DNA of 64,000 bases from Ignavibacteriota bacterium (lineage in GTDB: Bacteria > Bacteroidota > Ignavibacteria > UBA10030). A program made the position numbers and the translations under genes. Below the pieces are notes generated by a model. It was not told where the DNA came from, ran no database searches, and worked only from the letters and a program-made list of their open reading frames with translations. Location of the stretch: contig OY969585.1 in NCBI GenBank assembly GCA_963701295.1, positions 3,296,001 through 3,360,000 of the forward strand, written 5' to 3'. The stretch's first letter is position 1, and every line of letters begins with the position of its first letter. Shown piece by piece: positions 8,362-19,578 of the stretch.

Positions 8362-9780
8362 TTGATGCCGAATAAACGACGACAAGATTTTCTGATTCCC
8401 TTATTGACTGTAGTAACCGATGCGGTTGCTTTCGAAGCATCCTTTCTCTTTTCGTACTGGCTACGTTTCCTTCCATCATTTACACAACTTGTTCCCGTCC
8501 CTTATGGCGTTCCGCCGCTGAAGGAGTACATTTTCAGCTCATTGGTTGTTATTCCCATCTGGTTATTGCTTTTCCATAGTCGAAGATTGTATCGATCGCG
8601 GCGTGCCTCTTCCTTTTCAGATGAGTTTTTTGCTATTGTGCGAATAATTATCTTGGGAATGGCGGTAGTCATGGCTGGCGCATTCTTTTATCGTGCATTC
8701 TCCTATTCACGAGTCGTCTTTGGAATTATTGGCGTTACGACCGTTGTGTTTGTCTCAATTGGCCGATTTACAATTATGAAGTTTGAACAATGGTGGTATT
8801 CAAAAGGATATGACCTCAAGCGTGTTATCATCGTTGGAACAAGCAATATTGCAAACAAAGTCTTTCAATCCCTTACCTTCCATCGTTCTCTCGGATATAA
8901 AGCTCTCGGGTATTGTTCCATCAACGGCAGTACAGAAGACACAATGCCACACATACCATGCTTGGGTTCTATGTCATCTGTACCAGACTTGATTAAATCA
9001 CACAACATTGATATGGTTTTAATAGCATTGAATGAAGAAGAGCATTCTTATCTCCACAACCTTGTACGTGACTGCCAAGGGTTAAATGTGGAGATGATGA
9101 TGGTTCCCGACATCCTTGAATTGATGACGAGCCTTGTCCAAATCAAACATATCGAAGGAATTCCTTTCCTGGGAATCAAGAGTCCAGCTTTGAGCACTTG
9201 GAATTCCATTATAAAGCGAACGTTTGATCTTATGTTCGCATCATCTATTCTTTTCATTGCCAGTCCTCTCTTTCTCATAATTGCAATTCTTATTAAGTTG
9301 GACTCCAAAGGGCCTATTATATATTTTCAGGAACGCATAGGGCTTAATGGAGAAGTGTTTCGAGTATTCAAATTTAGATCCATGCGCACCGATGCAGAAC
9401 ATACGACAGGACCGGTATGGTCAAAGAAACAAGATTCAAGAGCGACCCGGATTGGCAAAATCCTGCGACGTTTAAGTCTGGATGAGCTTCCACAATTCAT
9501 AAATGTGATCAATGGCGATATGAGCGTTGTAGGTCCGCGTCCCGAACGGCAACATTTTGTAGAGCAATTTAAAAAAGAGGTTCCTCGTTATCTGGAACGC
9601 CATCGGGTAAGGACAGGAATGACCGGTTGGGCACAAGTCAATGGATTACGAGGAAATGCCTCTATTACCGAGCGGACAAAGTACGACATTTATTACATCG
9701 AAAATTGGTCCTTAACATTCGATCTGAAGATTATTCTCAAGACACTCCACGCAGTTCTTTTTGGAAATGACGCATATTAG
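8362..9780 (+). CDS. Undecaprenyl-phosphate glucose phosphotransferase (WcaJ-like sugar transferase)
   Basis: N-terminal TM helices; KRTFD, KFRSM, LDELPQ, MSVVGPRPE, GMTGWAQVNG. Confidence 0.92.
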   Translation: MMPNKRRQDFLIPLLTVVTDAVAFEASFLFSYWLRFLPSFTQLVPVPYGVPPLKEYIFSSLVVIPIWLLLFHSRRLYRSRRASSFSDEFFAIVRIIILGMAVVMAGAFFYRAFSYSRVVFGIIGVTTVVFVSIGRFTIMKFEQWWYSKGYDLKRVIIVGTSNIANKVFQSLTFHRSLGYKALGYCSINGSTEDTMPHIPCLGSMSSVPDLIKSHNIDMVLIALNEEEHSYLHNLVRDCQGLNVEMMMVPDILELMTSLVQIKHIEGIPFLGIKSPALSTWNSIIKRTFDLMFASSILFIASPLFLIIAILIKLDSKGPIIYFQERIGLNGEVFRVFKFRSMRTDAEHTTGPVWSKKQDSRATRIGKILRRLSLDELPQFINVINGDMSVVGPRPERQHFVEQFKKEVPRYLERHRVRTGMTGWAQVNGLRGNASITERTKYDIYYIENWSLTFDLKIILKTLHAVLFGNDAY

Positions 9781-9931
9781 ATTTAGTGATTCGTCATTTG
9801 GAATGAGCGATTTGAGGTCGGTGATTTGGAACAAGAGTCTAGAAATTATTTCTTTCGTGCTTTTAAGTTGATACTTTTTCTATTTGAGTGCACACTATTT
9901 TCTTTCACCTTGACACTTTGGTTCTGATCGT

Positions 9932-10303
9932 ATGGTTTCTGCCTTCATCTTCTTCCTTCATTTTGTATTCGCTGTTTTTGCTTTTATGATCTATAAGAAG
10001 GAGAGCATCGGCGAAGGATTCCTTGCTATCGCATTTGTCGGAATTGTTTTTGCTGTCAGCTGGACGATTGCTTCAATGTTGACGAACCTCCTGTTCACGT
10101 TCAAATGGTTCGTCCAATGGTACTGGCAGCCGCTGGATTCATGGATATGGAGAGTTGTGAGAAAGGAGATCAGCCGCGATACAATATCGCTTCTGATTCT
10201 CACCAGCGAAGAGGTTGTATTCTACTATTTATTTTTTCTTTCCAACCCAAAGGGGCACTCGACAAAGGGTGGTTCCTCTTCTGATCGCGCTACTTCAGCT
10301 TGA
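9932..10303 (+). CDS. Hypothetical membrane protein
   Basis: 123-aa ORF with 2-3 hydrophobic segments. Confidence 0.6.
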   Translation: MVSAFIFFLHFVFAVFAFMIYKKESIGEGFLAIAFVGIVFAVSWTIASMLTNLLFTFKWFVQWYWQPLDSWIWRVVRKEISRDTISLLILTSEEVVFYYLFFLSNPKGHSTKGGSSSDRATSA

Positions 10304-11180
10304 AGTAAAAAGTGATAACGCACGATTGCTCCACTTGCGACAGAGACGATCCAAGTGATTCAAATTTCCAGTACTGCACGGCTTTCATAGCAGCTTCTTC
10401 CAGAGATCGATTTGCTTTCTGTACCGGCTGGACAGACTTTACTGTTCCATCAGGAAGAACGATAATGAGAATTTTTACTTGAGCCGACACATTCGTACCG
10501 GATGGATATTTCGGTAATTCACCGCTGATTTTTCGGCGGGTCATTCCTTGAAGCCATCGCATCGAGAAACCTCCATAGCCTTCTCCATCTCCATCGCTTT
10601 CGTACCCCAAACCATATGGCGTACCCTCTGCAGATGGCTTCGATGAACTACCAATTCCTGAAGGATCTACGCCACTCGGGGGCTCACCACTTTTTCCGGG
10701 GACAGGAACTCCACCCTTCCGCCAGGGTTCCCGCGATTCTCCACTCCCGCCGGAAATATCATCACGATCAGACGGAGCGTTTTTGTTGCTCCATGTATTC
10801 TGCCGTACATTTTTCTCATCCAATGGAAGCTTTTCTGCACCGCCAAATTCCGATAAAGTGTTCAAACCTTCACCGAGTTGACGCTCCTTTGGAAGTTTTC
10901 GCATTCTTTTTGCACTCGATTGGTTTCTCAGTGGATTTGCTGGAAGAGGCGCATTCAGAACGTCCGAAGAGACATTTTGCTGAAGAGTGGGATAAGCAGA
11001 GAGACCAAATTCTACATCACCAAGAGGACGCGGAAGTTCGATTTCGGAATACTTAAAAATACGTACAACGCGTCGCGGAGTCGGATTGAATGCTTCTTGA
11101 TCAACGAGTAACCAAAGCGAATTAAGGAGGGCAAGCGTAAGTGTGATAGAAAGAACAAACGCGAGTGTCATGTGTTTCAT
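10290..11180 (-). CDS. Energy transducer TonB-like protein
   Basis: N-terminal TM, Gly/Pro/Ser-rich linker, C-terminal PKYP...V..DGTV...LEEAAMKAVQYWKF TonB-C domain. The start is a judgement call (ORF track gives 11264). Confidence 0.75.
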   Translation of the reverse strand: MKHMTLAFVLSITLTLALLNSLWLLVDQEAFNPTPRRVVRIFKYSEIELPRPLGDVEFGLSAYPTLQQNVSSDVLNAPLPANPLRNQSSAKRMRKLPKERQLGEGLNTLSEFGGAEKLPLDEKNVRQNTWSNKNAPSDRDDISGGSGESREPWRKGGVPVPGKSGEPPSGVDPSGIGSSSKPSAEGTPYGLGYESDGDGEGYGGFSMRWLQGMTRRKISGELPKYPSGTNVSAQVKILIIVLPDGTVKSVQPVQKANRSLEEAAMKAVQYWKFESLGSSLSQVEQSCVITFYFKLK

Positions 11181-11364
11181 ATACACTCGTCGTAATTCTC
11201 CTGCACCGTATGAAACTCTTCCTAAGTGCGGCGATACTCTCACACATTCTCCTTCGCACCGCACTTCACACTTCTCATCCGAATTGTATTACGCTCTCGC
11301 ATAGCACCATACACACAATCATCGCATGATATGGCATATACCCGTGAGCCAGTTTCCGATGCAC

Positions 11365-12018
11365 TTACTTATTTCGAATCTTGTCAATAACGTAGTGTGC
11401 CTGCAACTCCGCTGCGAAATTCTTCACTGCTTTCTGTGCATCCTCACGAGAAGGATATTTGCCAATGCGAACTGTGTAAAAGTCTTCTCCCTTCATTGGG
11501 ACCTTTTCGACAAATGAAGGATATCCTGCATATTCTAGATTCTTCGAAGTCTCTACCGCCTTGCTCTTTTCACGATATGCGATCACTTGTACAGTAAACT
11601 CACCGCTCATCTCACTGAGTTTTGATACAGACTCAGTCTCAGCAACCTCTTCCTTTTCCACCGTCTCCTTCGGAGGTTCTGCTTTTTCTTCAACTGGAGC
11701 TGTTTCGACCAATGCAACATGCGATGTATCAGTTTGATGCTGTGGTTCTTGTGCTGGTTGCTCGATCGGTTCTTGCTGGAATGGCTCTTCCTGCATTTGC
11801 GCGACCTGTGCTTTTTTCTTACCCCAAAGCTTAATGATCCCGCGTTGGTTAATGACGTACACCCCAGCTGCCGCGAAGATCAATACTAAAAAGATAATCA
11901 GAATTTTTGTTCCGCCGCCGCCACCGCTGCTTTTACTAATTTTCTTTTTCGCCGGAGGAGCCGCCGGCGCCGGCGCTTCGTCAAACCCACCTTCATCAAT
12001 GAGGTTCAAATCTGGCAT
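11365..12018 (-). CDS. SPOR-domain membrane protein
   Basis: One TM, acidic linker, FTVQVIAY...YTVRIGKYPSREDA SPOR domain. Confidence 0.85.
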   Translation of the reverse strand: MPDLNLIDEGGFDEAPAPAAPPAKKKISKSSGGGGGTKILIIFLVLIFAAAGVYVINQRGIIKLWGKKKAQVAQMQEEPFQQEPIEQPAQEPQHQTDTSHVALVETAPVEEKAEPPKETVEKEEVAETESVSKLSEMSGEFTVQVIAYREKSKAVETSKNLEYAGYPSFVEKVPMKGEDFYTVRIGKYPSREDAQKAVKNFAAELQAHYVIDKIRNK

Positions 12019-12076
12019 GGAATAATCCTCCTTATTGTTTGGAAGTTTGTAACCGTTAATGATTTCTTGCTGTTAA

Positions 12077-13783
12077 TTACCATTTCACTTGAACTGTAAC
12101 GTACATCGTGAGGGGAAATTCTCTATATCCTCTCCACGTTTCGTACCGCGCATCTGTTAAATTTTTTATTCCAATCGAAAGTCTTAAAAAAACGAGAGGT
12201 GTATATTCACCGCTCACATCAATCGTCATATAACTTGAAACTATCGATCTTCCAATAAGATCAGCTTGCTGCTTTCCGACGAACCTTACATCTGCATCCA
12301 CCACAATCGCCGTTCTCAATCTGTGGCTTGCGCGGCATCCCGCTTCGATCGTAGGAAAATATGGAATTTGTTCTCCTGGAAATGAATCTTTAATCGATCG
12401 TAGCATAATGGTAGAAGCAAAATAATCATTTGACTCGAACTTTGCAACCATTTCCGCACAGAATGTGATAATTTTTACATCTCCGTTGTAAGCCGACGTC
12501 CAGACTCCTGGGCGAGAAGAATCTGAGTACATGGTCAAATCATTGATTGATTCCACTCCGAAGGACACGCGGCTTTGAACCATCTCATTCCAGTCCGATT
12601 CAATGCCAATCTCGCCTGCATTGCTCACATCTGAGTGTCGTATTGGTGAACCAGCAGAAAGAAATCGATTTACTCGAATATTCGATGCCAGCGTCAACGG
12701 AATGATCATTGGCTTATATGATACATACACGCGTTGCTGCGATGTTATCGGATAACTTGCCGTTAAATGCGGATACAGACGAAAAAGGCTCTGTCCTGCC
12801 ATTCCTTCTGCCCAATACACATGTAATGATCCTTCGAAGAGCATGCCTGCATACCAATAATTTTGAATGCCGCCTGAAACATCCATAAATCCCAATCCGC
12901 CTGATGCAGTCATCCCATGGAACTTCAGTTGAAGAGGAAGAGAAGCAATGGGCAATGCAGTCTGTAAATTCAGATCGAAGCGAGTTTCATTTGCAGAGGC
13001 AGACGAATCCGACACATCAATGTTATCGAGGGAAATTCCGACAGAATATGGAAAATTGTTCGTTACCAGGTTTTCTATTCCCGCTTTCAATTGAAAATCA
13101 GAAATTGTCCGTTGGAGATTGGGCGTTGTTGAACCATAGAAACGAAATGATTCGCTCTTGTAGCCGAACCCTCCATCAAGCGCTGCGTTCTGAATGATCG
13201 GTACGTTTGATGAAAGATATGTTCTGCCTGCTGCTGTAAAACTTCCATCTGATTGATCAGTGTGTTGCGCAAATCCATTGGTGAGATGATATGTACCACC
13301 AAGAGTATACTGATAATTCGGCAGCGACTGACCAAACCAAAATCCCGCTTGAGGTGTGAAGTACGAACCGATTCCTGCTTGCACCATACCGGAATATGTG
13401 TTCACCTTTGCTTGCGAATCATCCAGGCGCTTCACTTCCAGTTCCGTCGTTTCACGTTCCCGCTGTATATTCTCGGGCGACTTTTTCTTTGGATGTATCG
13501 CATCCTCAACATCTTCGAAAGATATTTTCTCTGCCTTCGTTACATCCACTGATGCGACACCTGTAATGACATATTCCGGCAAATCAAATTTTGGAAGCTG
13601 CCGCTGCACTGTTTTCGGAACAGAATTACTCGTATCCTCCTGCGGTGCTCCGATATTCAGATTTTGACTTTCCGGATTTTTCTTTTCTTGATCCTTCTGA
13701 TTGTCTTGTGCAAACAAAATCGGCACAGGCATGAACAGCACCAGTATAAAGCTCCATTCCAGCAAACTAAACACCCTGCGCAC
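12077..13783 (-). CDS. Outer-membrane beta-barrel / TonB-dependent receptor-like protein
   Basis: Signal peptide; C-terminal IGIKNLTDARY...VTVQVKW; coupled to the upstream TPR gene. Confidence 0.7.
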   Translation of the reverse strand: MRRVFSLLEWSFILVLFMPVPILFAQDNQKDQEKKNPESQNLNIGAPQEDTSNSVPKTVQRQLPKFDLPEYVITGVASVDVTKAEKISFEDVEDAIHPKKKSPENIQRERETTELEVKRLDDSQAKVNTYSGMVQAGIGSYFTPQAGFWFGQSLPNYQYTLGGTYHLTNGFAQHTDQSDGSFTAAGRTYLSSNVPIIQNAALDGGFGYKSESFRFYGSTTPNLQRTISDFQLKAGIENLVTNNFPYSVGISLDNIDVSDSSASANETRFDLNLQTALPIASLPLQLKFHGMTASGGLGFMDVSGGIQNYWYAGMLFEGSLHVYWAEGMAGQSLFRLYPHLTASYPITSQQRVYVSYKPMIIPLTLASNIRVNRFLSAGSPIRHSDVSNAGEIGIESDWNEMVQSRVSFGVESINDLTMYSDSSRPGVWTSAYNGDVKIITFCAEMVAKFESNDYFASTIMLRSIKDSFPGEQIPYFPTIEAGCRASHRLRTAIVVDADVRFVGKQQADLIGRSIVSSYMTIDVSGEYTPLVFLRLSIGIKNLTDARYETWRGYREFPLTMYVTVQVKW

Positions 13784-16700
13784 TAATGCTGCTCCATTCT
13801 TTTGAGGCGACGTTGCGCTTCTTCCATCACCGATGTGTCGGTCTTTGATTTCAACACGGCTTGATATGATTCACGAGCGCGTTTCGCATCTTTTGTTTGC
13901 TCATAAGCATCACCCAAACCAAGATATGCTCTTCCGACCCATCGTTCATATAAAGGAAAAATATATTTCACTCGAAGCAGTGCCGTAATGACATTGGCCC
14001 ACTCTTTCTTTCCCGCAAGAGATGCACCGACAATATATTGGGCTTCTGCGCCAAGTTCGTCTTTGTGTGATGTCGCAATTTTTTCTGCAATGGTTTTCGC
14101 TTGATCGAACGCACCCTCTTGAAAATAAATTCTTGCTCGTGCAACCCTTGCTTCATCAGCAATCGGTAATTCCCCGAAATCTTTGATTACTTGTTCAAAT
14201 TGCGCGCTTGCATCTTTTGTGTTGTCCGCCAGTTGAAATGATCGGCCAGTTCGCACCTTTGCCTCGGCTATAATCTCCGGGTCTTTCACTTTTTCTTGAA
14301 CCTGCTTCAGAACAAGAAGGGCTTTTTCCGTTCTATGCTGAGAATTGTAAATTTCCGCAGCCTCAAATAACGATTCTCCAATCACTTTTTCTGAAGCGTT
14401 GGGAGTGTTTGCTGCTTTCTCAAATGAGAGCGCAGCTTCATCCGGATTTCCTTCCTCGCGATAGCATTTTGCCAGAGAGTACAGCGCGGACGCTAAGAGC
14501 TTGGAGTTGGAATTCTTTTCGGTAAACCTGCGGTAAACTTTTGCTGCATCTGCATATTTCTTCTTATTAAAAAGCAATTCTCCTTTTTTCAATTGAAGGT
14601 CTTCTGAAGCAGCCGAAGTTGGATTCTCTTTTACAAAATCGTCAATAACTTCTACCGCATCGGCATCTTTCCCTTGGGCAATGTAGCAATACTGAATTCC
14701 AGTCGTCGCATCGGCAACATAATTGCTCTTCGGGAACTGCCTGAGCACTTCACGGTACGATTTCTCGGCCACCACAAACTGCTGAAGATTATAGTAACTA
14801 TCACCCAGACTGTAATACGCACGGGGCACAAGCTCGCTGTTGGGATATTTCTTCACGAGCTCTTGGAATTCCTTGATTGCATCTCCATATTCTTTTCGCT
14901 GAAAGTTTATCCAGCCTTTTGTAAATTGTGCATCGTCAGCAAGTGTGGATTGCGGTAATGCTTTGATTAAACCCTCAAATACTTTAAAGGCTTCTGTATT
15001 ATTTCCATCCTTGACGTAACTCTGTCCAAGCTGATAATATGCATAATCGATAGAAGTGCTGTCAGGATACAGGCGGATGACCGTGCGATAGCTCCCGATT
15101 GCCTTTTTGTACTCTTTCAGAAAGAAATACACATCCCCTAACCGTAAGCGAGCATCAAATGCAAACTTCCCTTTCGGATATTCCACCAGAAGCTGCTCAA
15201 ATGATTCGATTGCTTCTTGAAATTTGCTTTGCTTATAGAAAGACCACGCAACGCCATATAAAGATTCCTCTTTTTTCGCTGCACCGGAACCCTCCGCGGA
15301 CTCCTGATAGAGTTGTGTCGATTTGCCGAAATTGCCAAGCCGATATTCTGCTTCTGCCTGATAGAATTTCGCTTCGCTGGATTTTGGATGCTTTGGATAT
15401 TGCTGGATGAATGCAGAAAACTTCATTGCTGCATCTTTGTATTGCTTCATTTTAAAAATGCACAACGCCGATTGAAATCCTGCTTCAACCTTCACATCGA
15501 ATGATACGGTGGGAAGTGCTAATGCTTTTTCAAACCAGCCCTGTGCCTCTTTGAATTTGTTTTCCGTCAGGAAACACTCGCCAAGCATCCTGCATCCATC
15601 TGCCAACACATCGCTCTTCGGAAATTCCGTTATGAGTCGTTGAAAATACGACTTCGCTTCATCGAGATTGTTTTCTTCAAAATAAATCATGCCGATATCA
15701 AAAAGGGCGTTATCGGACCATTCTCCCTGCATTTCACGTTTAAGCACTTCATTGAGTGTTTGCAGTGCTTTATCGGTTTTTCCCATCAGGCGCTCTACGA
15801 CCGACCTGCGATAGAGCGAAGCGTAGCCAAGTTCATCAGACCGTTCGGCAAGCGTATGAAAAATTTCAACTGCGTTGGGATAGTCCTTTTGATTGAGATA
15901 ACTCCATCCTAACACATACAATACTTCCGGTGCAAGTTTGTGCTGAGGATGATCAACAAGAAATTGTTTGTAGCGCTTCTGAGCGCTATCATTATCGCCT
16001 ATTTTATAAAACGCTTCGGCAATAAGATAATCTGCGTTCCCTAATTCTTCTTCATCGTGAATATCCAGATGTGATTTTGTCAATACGTCAATAGCCCGCT
16101 GGTATTCTTTCGCATAATAGAAACATTCACCTCTGCGGACATACGCTCCGGGTGTGAGAGTGCTTCGCGGAAACTCTGAGATTAATTTGCCATACTCATC
16201 AGCTGCTTTTGCGTATTCGGTCCGCTTCTGATATGTCCATGCAATGGAATACAGTGCATAGTCCCGCAATCGATTTTTTGGAAAATTCTCATACGCGAGC
16301 GTATAATACTTCAGAGCGTTTTGCGTGTCATCATTTCGTAGAGAAGCTTCACCGATCCAATACGCAGCTTCACCGGCTTTTTCACATTCGCTGTAATTTT
16401 CGAGCACGATTTTAAATGCAATAATCGCTTCACTATTCTTTCTCAGATGGATGCGTGATTGTCCAAGTTTGAGGTATGCCTCTGGAATATAGCGTGATGT
16501 CGGGTACTGCTGAATGAATTCGTTATACTTTGCTATCGCATTTTGAAATTGGGACGATTGAAAAAGACATTCAACGCTAAGGAATGCTGCATCCTGCCGC
16601 TTAATACTGTTGGGATATTTCGAGGCGAAGGCTTGGAATTGCTGACCAGCAAGCTGGAAGAGACTATCGCGATAAAGTCCATAAGCAAATGCGTAGTCCT

Positions 16701-16863
16701 GCTCTTCCACTACAGTTGGCGCCTGCTGCAATGGAACATCTTGTGCTGAGGTAAGTATAAGGAATCCGAATGGCGCTATAAGAAGAAAAAACAGAAAAGC
16801 AGATTGAAACAGAACATTCCCTTGCTTCTTTTGATGCTTTGAAAATACTTCGAGAGTTATCAA
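13783..16863 (-). CDS. Large tetratricopeptide-repeat protein (CpoB/BamD-like repeats)
   Basis: Many A..Y..G..Y...Y..A...F..L...YP.S repeats over 1026 aa. Confidence 0.9.
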   Translation of the reverse strand: MITLEVFSKHQKKQGNVLFQSAFLFFLLIAPFGFLILTSAQDVPLQQAPTVVEEQDYAFAYGLYRDSLFQLAGQQFQAFASKYPNSIKRQDAAFLSVECLFQSSQFQNAIAKYNEFIQQYPTSRYIPEAYLKLGQSRIHLRKNSEAIIAFKIVLENYSECEKAGEAAYWIGEASLRNDDTQNALKYYTLAYENFPKNRLRDYALYSIAWTYQKRTEYAKAADEYGKLISEFPRSTLTPGAYVRRGECFYYAKEYQRAIDVLTKSHLDIHDEEELGNADYLIAEAFYKIGDNDSAQKRYKQFLVDHPQHKLAPEVLYVLGWSYLNQKDYPNAVEIFHTLAERSDELGYASLYRRSVVERLMGKTDKALQTLNEVLKREMQGEWSDNALFDIGMIYFEENNLDEAKSYFQRLITEFPKSDVLADGCRMLGECFLTENKFKEAQGWFEKALALPTVSFDVKVEAGFQSALCIFKMKQYKDAAMKFSAFIQQYPKHPKSSEAKFYQAEAEYRLGNFGKSTQLYQESAEGSGAAKKEESLYGVAWSFYKQSKFQEAIESFEQLLVEYPKGKFAFDARLRLGDVYFFLKEYKKAIGSYRTVIRLYPDSTSIDYAYYQLGQSYVKDGNNTEAFKVFEGLIKALPQSTLADDAQFTKGWINFQRKEYGDAIKEFQELVKKYPNSELVPRAYYSLGDSYYNLQQFVVAEKSYREVLRQFPKSNYVADATTGIQYCYIAQGKDADAVEVIDDFVKENPTSAASEDLQLKKGELLFNKKKYADAAKVYRRFTEKNSNSKLLASALYSLAKCYREEGNPDEAALSFEKAANTPNASEKVIGESLFEAAEIYNSQHRTEKALLVLKQVQEKVKDPEIIAEAKVRTGRSFQLADNTKDASAQFEQVIKDFGELPIADEARVARARIYFQEGAFDQAKTIAEKIATSHKDELGAEAQYIVGASLAGKKEWANVITALLRVKYIFPLYERWVGRAYLGLGDAYEQTKDAKRARESYQAVLKSKTDTSVMEEAQRRLKRMEQH

Positions 16864-17011
16864 TTCTGACTTAAAGCACTGTTTCAGGTGTTACTTCTAA
16901 TGGCTTAATTTACAATAAAGCCAAATAGGAAGCAAGAAAAAGCAAAAAAACACTTAGATACAAATCTAATTTGATAACTGGAAATTTCCTATTTGCTCAA
17001 CTTCACACATA

Positions 17012-17335
17012 TCATACTATGGATCGACGTAGCTTTACTTTCAAGTCATGGATATGTTGACGAATTTCACTCAGCTTCACATAATTCTTGCTTGTAAGTG
17101 CTTCTGCCCGTCTCTTCTTCCAACTCCTAATCTCTGCTTTCATCACTGTCTTATTAATACCAACTACTGTATGGTGCGCGTGAGTCTCGATGTTCAACGC
17201 TTTACAGATGGCGGGTAAAAGTTTTTCCTTGTGCATTGTGCTGTGCCCATGCACAGCTTCGTGTTCAATTCCATCGGCAATTTTTCGAAGTTCAGTTACA
17301 GCCATCTTACTCAGTTGATCATATGTATACGACAT
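17012..17335 (-). CDS. Small basic protein with Rho-N-terminal-like helix-extension-helix motif
   Basis: LSKMAVTELRKIA...HSTMHKEKLL; SD-like GGAGG upstream. Confidence 0.6.
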   Translation of the reverse strand: MSYTYDQLSKMAVTELRKIADGIEHEAVHGHSTMHKEKLLPAICKALNIETHAHHTVVGINKTVMKAEIRSWKKRRAEALTSKNYVKLSEIRQHIHDLKVKLRRSIV

Positions 17336-17490
17336 GGTTCATCCTCCTATATTAAATGATTCTTACATAACCCTCAGTGGATGTATTTCTTGCGAATATA
17401 AATTTCAATATTTTTTATTTAGATTTTTCTCAACACAGCTGAATGGCTTCCATGTATATTCGGAGAATCTCCTTTTTCCATTCCATTGCT

Positions 17491-17976
17491 TTATGCGAAG
17501 ACAAATGTTTTCTCAAATTCTTCTTTTGTCACATGTCCTTTTGGTTCGGATATCAAGAGCAGCCCGTTTTTCTTAAGCGAGTTATAGATTTCCTTAAAAA
17601 GTATTTCTCGATCCGGCACTTCATGAACAACCGCAAAAGCCAAAACAAAATCTATCGAACATGCAAGGTCGTCAATTTGAAGCGAAGACCCGATGCAAAG
17701 ACGCATCTCGATTCTGCCAAGAAGATTTGCTTTCATTGTGCGACGCCGAAGATTTTGAAGCATTTTCTCCTGCAAATCGATGCAGAATATCCGCCCAGAT
17801 TCACCGACAATCCTTGCCATAGGCAAACTAAAGAATCCCATTCCAGGTCCTACTTCTAAGACTTTCATCCCTTGCTTTAGATAAGGGCTAAGGAGTTTCT
17901 CTGGATTCTGATAGAGCTGCCGTAATGGACTTGCTAATATGTATCCCAGATACCAGGGACATATATGTTTTTCCAT
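17491..17976 (-). CDS. Class I SAM-dependent methyltransferase
   Basis: VLEVGPGMGFF motif I, AVVHEVPD, LKKNGLLLI. Confidence 0.85.
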   Translation of the reverse strand: MEKHICPWYLGYILASPLRQLYQNPEKLLSPYLKQGMKVLEVGPGMGFFSLPMARIVGESGRIFCIDLQEKMLQNLRRRTMKANLLGRIEMRLCIGSSLQIDDLACSIDFVLAFAVVHEVPDREILFKEIYNSLKKNGLLLISEPKGHVTKEEFEKTFVFA

Positions 17977-18030
17977 TTTACCCTTTCAGAGCATATATAT
18001 TAGCTATTGCATTTCTGTTCATTTTGTAAC

Positions 18031-19578
18031 TCACTTATTTATTTTATATTCCAAGCAGGCACGTTCGTATCCCATCTCACATGCTTGCCGCATATCTTGC
18101 ACCGCTTCAATGTTAGATCCTTTTTTTTCATATACCTTCCCGCGATAATAGAGTATCTCTGCATTGTCAGGTTTCAATGTTATTGCCGTATTGATAGAGT
18201 TGAGTGCATCGTCATACATTCCACGATTTGCATAGATAGTTGTAATTTTGACATATGCCAAAATATCATCTCGTTTTATTTCAATAGACTTATAGAAATC
18301 CTGTAATGCCGCATCTTCGTTATCTATTTGCAGATAACAGGAACCTCTATTATCATACAAGACATTATCATCCGGACGGAATCGAATAGCTTCTGTGTAT
18401 TCAGCAATAGCTTCATTAATCTGTCCCAATCTAATAAAATCATATGCTTTTTTTGAATGCTCAGATGATTGATTAATATCGCTCACAGACGATTTCTTCG
18501 GCGGCCAATCATCGTATGTATCTGCCTGTTTCGATTGTCTCATCATTTTCTGTGCATCAATAAAACGGTTCTGTTGAGCGATGGCTTGCGTTTTGCGGCA
18601 CAAATACTCCGGATCATTCGGACTCAGTTCCATTGCACGGTCATAGTCCTCCAACGCGTGCTTGTAGTCCTGCAATTTAGCATATGCATCGCCGCGGTCG
18701 ACATAATAGGAATGATAATTTGAATACTTCAACGCCTCTGTGTACATCTTCACCGCCTGGTCATACTTCCCCAGATAAGAGAATGTGCTTCCCTTGTCAG
18801 CTGGAATTGAAGCAGAAAGTTCTTTCATCTTCGGATTATAGACAGCAAGCTTTACACAGCTCGCAATGAATCCCTCCATCTTTTCATAGGAACCACCATT
18901 TCGCGGTGTCAATGTCTGCAAGTATTTCATTCTTACTCGATATCCATAGGGATGATATTTTGCGGCTTCAACAAGAGCATTGGTTATCAATTCCTCTTTT
19001 TCCAATGCCATTCCAATTTCCACTTTCAAAGCATAGCACACATCTATCCCGACATTCAATTTCAATGCTTGATCAATATTGAGGAGTGCAAGGGAATAAT
19101 ACCGTTCCATTTCTTTGTATTCATTTTGATCTTTTTCTATTGCACGTTTATTCCCGCGTGCATGCAAAGCACACGCACAATAGTATTCGGCATGTGCAAC
19201 GTATGGTGAATAGGAAGCTGGAAATTGCTTTGCCCAATTTTGCAGTACCGGTTCATAGGTAGAATCTGCTTTCTTAAACGCCTCAAATGCGTCAAAGACA
19301 TAGTCTTCCGTCTGGTAGTCTTCTTCAAAAGCGTGTTGAAACTCTTCCAGCATTGAGTTTAGAGATTGGAATGATTGTATTTTGAATTGCTGAAGTATCG
19401 CGGACTTGTCAACCTTACGGCGAAATCGGGATGTCTGCCCTAAAGACTGCATCGGCAATGTGACCATGAACATTGCAATCATATAGACAAAAACACCTAA
19501 ATGAATTTTTACGCGATCCATATATTCCCTGTGTGATATGATAGAACTTTTATTCCCCTCTCTGCCGATAATCGTCAT
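18031..19578 (-). CDS. TPR protein with DUF4034-like N-terminal region
   Basis: W..QFP.SY.P..A and L.PRNGGSYE.M motifs followed by TPRs. Confidence 0.75.
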   Translation of the reverse strand: MTIIGREGNKSSIISHREYMDRVKIHLGVFVYMIAMFMVTLPMQSLGQTSRFRRKVDKSAILQQFKIQSFQSLNSMLEEFQHAFEEDYQTEDYVFDAFEAFKKADSTYEPVLQNWAKQFPASYSPYVAHAEYYCACALHARGNKRAIEKDQNEYKEMERYYSLALLNIDQALKLNVGIDVCYALKVEIGMALEKEELITNALVEAAKYHPYGYRVRMKYLQTLTPRNGGSYEKMEGFIASCVKLAVYNPKMKELSASIPADKGSTFSYLGKYDQAVKMYTEALKYSNYHSYYVDRGDAYAKLQDYKHALEDYDRAMELSPNDPEYLCRKTQAIAQQNRFIDAQKMMRQSKQADTYDDWPPKKSSVSDINQSSEHSKKAYDFIRLGQINEAIAEYTEAIRFRPDDNVLYDNRGSCYLQIDNEDAALQDFYKSIEIKRDDILAYVKITTIYANRGMYDDALNSINTAITLKPDNAEILYYRGKVYEKKGSNIEAVQDMRQACEMGYERACLEYKINK

